Below, in pieces: positions 25,853-28,812 of a DNA stretch of 28,812 nucleotides. Numbering within the stretch: position 1 is the stretch's first letter; each line of letters opens with the position of its first letter. Origin of the DNA: a virus (lineage: Duplodnaviria > Heunggongvirae > Uroviricota > Caudoviricetes); IMG/VR virus record IMGVR_UViG_2693429623_000012; one strand, 5' to 3'. The translations under genes were made by a program, and so were the position numbers. The notes below the pieces were generated by a model, which worked only from the letters and a program-made list of their open reading frames with translations, searched no databases and was not told the DNA's origin.

Positions 25853-26209
25853 TACAGCGATACCCGCTGGCATGAAGATTCCGTGCGTAACCGCTGGTTC
25901 AGCGTGATGGCGGGGCCGTCTGTACGCGTGAATGAATGGTTCAGCGCGTATGCGATGGTGGGTGTGGCTTACAGCCGTGTGTCGACTTTCTCCGGGGATT
26001 ATCTCCGCGTAACTGACAACAAGGGGAAAACGCACGATGTGCTGACCGGAAGTGATGACGGTCGCCACAGCAACACGTCTCTGGCGTGGGGGGCTGGCGT
26101 GCAGTTTAACCCGACCGAATCCGTGACCATTGACCTTGCTTATGAAGGTTCCGGTAGTGGTGACTGGCGAACGGATGCATTTATTGTTGGTATCGGATAC
26201 CGTATCTGA
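25853..26209 (+). CDS. lom: Ail/Lom-family outer-membrane beta-barrel protein, 3' fragment (5' end missing at the gap)
   Basis: Reading frame open from the gap edge: YSDTRWHEDSVRNRWFSVMAGPSVRVNEWFSAYAM...SLAWGAGVQFNPTESVTIDLAYEGSGSGDWRTDAFIVGIGYRI, matching the lambda Lom C-terminal half as recalled. Confidence 0.85.
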   Translation, partial: YSDTRWHEDSVRNRWFSVMAGPSVRVNEWFSAYAMVGVAYSRVSTFSGDYLRVTDNKGKTHDVLTGSDDGRHSNTSLAWGAGVQFNPTESVTIDLAYEGSGSGDWRTDAFIVGIGYRI

Positions 26210-26314
26210 CAACAGACGCCGATTTATCTTCTGTAAATATTGTTATGATACGCAGGTTCATCCACCTTATGGGGTGAACTGCGTTTGAGGAAACGTAAAG
26301 TTACACTGTCCTGA

Positions 26315-26348
26315 AGCCCGTGGCGTCACTGCTGCGGGCTTTTTTTAT
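26315..26348 (+). terminator. Possible intrinsic terminator downstream of lom
   Basis: AGCCCG-(14-nt loop)-CGGGCT followed by TTTTTTTATT (26340-26348). The loop is long, so confidence is limited. Confidence 0.4.
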
Positions 26349-26360
26349 TGGTGGAAAAGT

Positions 26361-28812
26361 ATGACAGTAAAAATTTCTGGCGTGCTTAAAGATGGCACAG
26401 GAAAACCAGTACAGAACTGCACCATTGTGCTGAAGGCCAGACGAACCAGCAGCACGATGGTGGTGAACACGGTGGCCTCTGAAAATCCGGATGAAGCCGG
26501 ACGTTACAGCATGGATGTTGAGCATGGTCAGTACAGCGTCACCCTGCTGGTTGAAGGTTTTCCGCCTTCACATGCCGGGACCATTACCGTCTATGAAGGT
26601 TCCAGACCAGGTACGCTGAATGATTTTCTCGGTGCCATGACGGAGGATGATGTCCGACCGGAGGCACTGCGCCGCTTTGAGCAGATGGTGGAAGAGGTGT
26701 CACGTAACGCCTCCGCGGTTGCACAGAATACGGCAGCCGCGAAAAAATCAGCCAGCGAGGCGGCAACTCATGCAACCGATGCTGCAGCCTCAGCACGTGC
26801 CGCCAGCACGTCAGCCGGACAGGCCGCGTCGTCGGCTCAGTCAGCGTCTTCCAGCGCAGGAACGGCATCGACAAAGGCCCGTGAAGCAGCAAAAAGTGCT
26901 GCTGCAGAGTCATCAAAAAGCGCGGCAGCTACCAGCGCCAGTGCCGCGAAAACGTCAGAAACGAATGCCGCAGCATCACAAAAATCGGCAGCCACTTCTG
27001 CATCCACAGCGACCACGAAGGCGTCAGAAGCTGCCACCTCGGCACGGGGTGCGGCGGCCTCAAAAGAGGCAGCGAAATCTTCAGAAACGAATGCATCATC
27101 AAGTGCCAGTAGTGCAGCTTCCTCGGCAACGGCGGCAGGAAATTCCGCGAAGGCGGCAAAAACGTCCGAGACGAACGCTAAGTCTTCTGAAACAGCAGCG
27201 GGACAGAGCGCCTCAGCTGCGGCAGGTTCAAAAACAGCGGCTGCATTATCTGCCAGTGCCGCGTCAACAAGTGCCGGGCAGGCCTCAGCCAGTGCCACCG
27301 CCGCCGGAAAATCGGCAGAAAGCGCCGCATCATCCGCTTCAACAGCCACAACGAAGGCTGGCAAAGCCACTGAGCAAGCCACTGCAGCAGCGAGGTCTGC
27401 TTCTGCAGCAAAAACCTCTGAAACAAATGCAAAGACTTCAGCAGACAATGCTGCTTCCTCTAAGGCAGCAGCCGCATCGTCAGCCAGTTCAGCGGCGTCA
27501 TCGGCATCATCTGCGTCTGCTTCAAAAGATGAGGCGACCAGACAAGCGTCAGCAGCGAAAGGTAGTGCCACGACAGCAACAACGAAAGCATCAGAGGCGG
27601 CAGGCAGTGCGACGGCTGCATCTCAGAGCAAAGTTGCTGCTGAATCCGCGGCAACGCGCGCCGAGACAGCAGCAAAACGGGCAGAGGATATTGCATCCGC
27701 CGTGGCGCTTGAGGATGCGAGCACGACGAAAAAGGGGATAGTACAGCTCAGCAGTGCGACCAACAGCACTTCCGAGTCACTGGCGGCAACGCCAAAAGCG
27801 GTTAAGGCGGTAATGGGTGAAACGAACAAGAAAGCGCCCTTAAATAGTCCTGCACTGACCGGAACGCCAACAACACCAACTGCGCGACAGGGAACGAATA
27901 ATACCCAAATCGCAAGCACGGCTTTCGTTATGGCTGCGATTGCCGCCCTTGTAGATTCGTCACCTGATGCACTGAACACGCTGAACGAGCTGGCTGCGGC
28001 GCTGGGCAACGACCCGAATTTTGCGACCACCATGACTAACGCGCTTGCGGGTAAGCAACCGAAAGATGCCACTCTGACGGCGCTGGCGGGGCTTGCTACT
28101 GCGGCAGACAGGTTTCCGTATTTTACGGGGAATGATGTCGCCAGCCTGGCAACCCTGACAAAAGTCGGGCGGGATATTCTTGCGAAATCGACCGTTGCTG
28201 CCGTTATCGAATACCTCGGTTTACAGGAAACGGTAAACAAGGCTGGTAACGCCGTTCAGCGTTCCGGCGATAAAATGACCGGAGAACTGAAAATTGGCAC
28301 GGTGAATGCGCTGCGAATTTTCAATGATACCTTCGGTCTAATTTTCCGTCGTTCAGAAGATTTTCTTCATTTCATTCCGACGGCTGAAGGACAAGGCGAA
28401 AACGGTAATATCGGCCCATTAAGGCCATTCGCTATAAATCTGAGAACAGGTGCTATATCTGTCAGCCACGGGGCCAAAATTAAAGGAGGTCTAGCTATTG
28501 GAGCTACTGATAACGCACTGGGTGAAAACTCCATTGTTCTGGGAGATAACGACACCGGATTTAGGCAAGATGGAGATGGTATTATTAGCTTCTATTCAAA
28601 TGGTTCGCGCATCGGACATATTGATGAGTTAGGATTACATCTTTATAAAGATATTGAATCTAATGGCAGCAATTTTAGATTAAAAAGTAATTACCGCCAC
28701 CACATTACATTCGCCAACGAAGACGGAAGAATTCGTATGTTTTTGTGGAAAGATAACGGTGGTGATGGTGTTCATATTAATAACGGTTCAGATGGTGGTG
28801 GTGATTTCATTT
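26361..28812 (+). CDS. stf: Side tail fibre protein, lambda Stf-like (partial, continues past window end)
   Basis: My own translation from the ATG at 26361 is open to the end of the window (not in the ORF track because there is no stop): MTVKISGVLKDGTGKPVQNCTIVLKARR...SMDVEHGQYSV..., then a long Ala/Ser/Thr-rich repeat region, then ...KKGIVQLSSATNSTSESLAATPKAVKAV...ALAGKQPKDATLTALAGL..., matching lambda Stf as recalled. Confidence 0.9.
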   Translation, partial: MTVKISGVLKDGTGKPVQNCTIVLKARRTSSTMVVNTVASENPDEAGRYSMDVEHGQYSVTLLVEGFPPSHAGTITVYEGSRPGTLNDFLGAMTEDDVRPEALRRFEQMVEEVSRNASAVAQNTAAAKKSASEAATHATDAAASARAASTSAGQAASSAQSASSSAGTASTKAREAAKSAAAESSKSAAATSASAAKTSETNAAASQKSAATSASTATTKASEAATSARGAAASKEAAKSSETNASSSASSAASSATAAGNSAKAAKTSETNAKSSETAAGQSASAAAGSKTAAALSASAASTSAGQASASATAAGKSAESAASSASTATTKAGKATEQATAAARSASAAKTSETNAKTSADNAASSKAAAASSASSAASSASSASASKDEATRQASAAKGSATTATTKASEAAGSATAASQSKVAAESAATRAETAAKRAEDIASAVALEDASTTKKGIVQLSSATNSTSESLAATPKAVKAVMGETNKKAPLNSPALTGTPTTPTARQGTNNTQIASTAFVMAAIAALVDSSPDALNTLNELAAALGNDPNFATTMTNALAGKQPKDATLTALAGLATAADRFPYFTGNDVASLATLTKVGRDILAKSTVAAVIEYLGLQETVNKAGNAVQRSGDKMTGELKIGTVNALRIFNDTFGLIFRRSEDFLHFIPTAEGQGENGNIGPLRPFAINLRTGAISVSHGAKIKGGLAIGATDNALGENSIVLGDNDTGFRQDGDGIISFYSNGSRIGHIDELGLHLYKDIESNGSNFRLKSNYRHHITFANEDGRIRMFLWKDNGGDGVHINNGSDGGGDFI
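27740..28072. repeat. Copy 2 of the ~330-bp direct repeat shared with gene H
   Basis: See copy 1; here the repeat continues into ...actctgacggcgctggcggggctt..., the sequence expected to follow where copy 1 is cut by the gap. Confidence 0.9.

Larger units (their letters stand above)
25853..28812. mobile_element. Lambdoid prophage fragment (lom - stf late-region segment), both ends incomplete
   Basis: The lom and stf products match lambda Lom and Stf closely (recalled sequences), in the lambda order J-lom-stf. Confidence 0.8.

Noticed and set aside
25826-25907. Apparent continuation of the H reading frame through and beyond the gap (X run followed by TAIPAGMKIPCVTAGSA)
   Set aside because: The frame across an N run is arbitrary; sequence after the gap is lom in another frame. 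H is annotated only up to 25825.
25460-26212. 250-aa minus-strand ORF spanning the N gap, and its near-duplicate at 27623..28240
   Set aside because: Antisense translations of the shared H/stf repeat (hence the similar sequences); one crosses the N run. Not genes.
26647-27741. 364-aa Arg/Gln/Pro-rich plus-strand ORF, and the 244-aa Ala-rich minus-strand ORF at 26837..27571
   Set aside because: Alternative-frame and antisense readings of the Ala/Ser-rich repeat region of stf; the real frame starts at 26361 and matches lambda Stf.
1-28812. Insertion sequences or transposases
   Set aside because: No ORF with transposase-like motifs and no terminal inverted repeats noted; the only recombinase is the prophage tyrosine integrase.

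Overview
The window begins in an Escherichia coli-type chromosomal segment (nlpC-btuD-btuE-btuC, all on the minus strand, protein sequences match E. coli from memory) and at about 2.9-3.1 kb enters a P2-like prophage that fills most of the rest. The prophage has four parts. (1) A minus-strand lysogeny operon: C-like repressor, P2-type tyrosine integrase, then two tightly coupled AT-rich cargo genes (a Cys4 zinc-ribbon protein and a membrane-anchored coiled-coil protein built from 33-bp tandem repeats), ending in an intrinsic terminator next to btuC. (2) A plus-strand early operon: cox-like gene, several small ORFs, and a 940-aa rolling-circle replication endonuclease (gpA family). (3) An accessory locus between A and the portal gene, where P2 carries tin/old, holding a plasmid-type ParM/ParR-like partition cassette with upstream palindromic repeats plus three small unknown ORFs. 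(4) A repeat-rich intergenic region that should contain cos, then the late genes Q and P (minus) and O, N, M, L, X, holin, SAR-type endolysin, nested spanins, R, S, V, W, J, I, H (plus). Tail-fibre gene H is cut by a 27-N assembly gap; beyond it lies lambdoid material (a lom 3' fragment and a side-tail-fibre stf gene running off the window end). H and stf share a ~330-bp near-identical segment, which probably explains the scaffold join. A second N gap (47 N) interrupts the zinc-ribbon cargo gene. The best candidates for an undescribed system are the int-coupled cargo pair and the ParMR-plus-three-ORF accessory locus. No tRNA, rRNA, CRISPR array or transposase was seen. All homology statements are from recall of family sequences, not from a search.
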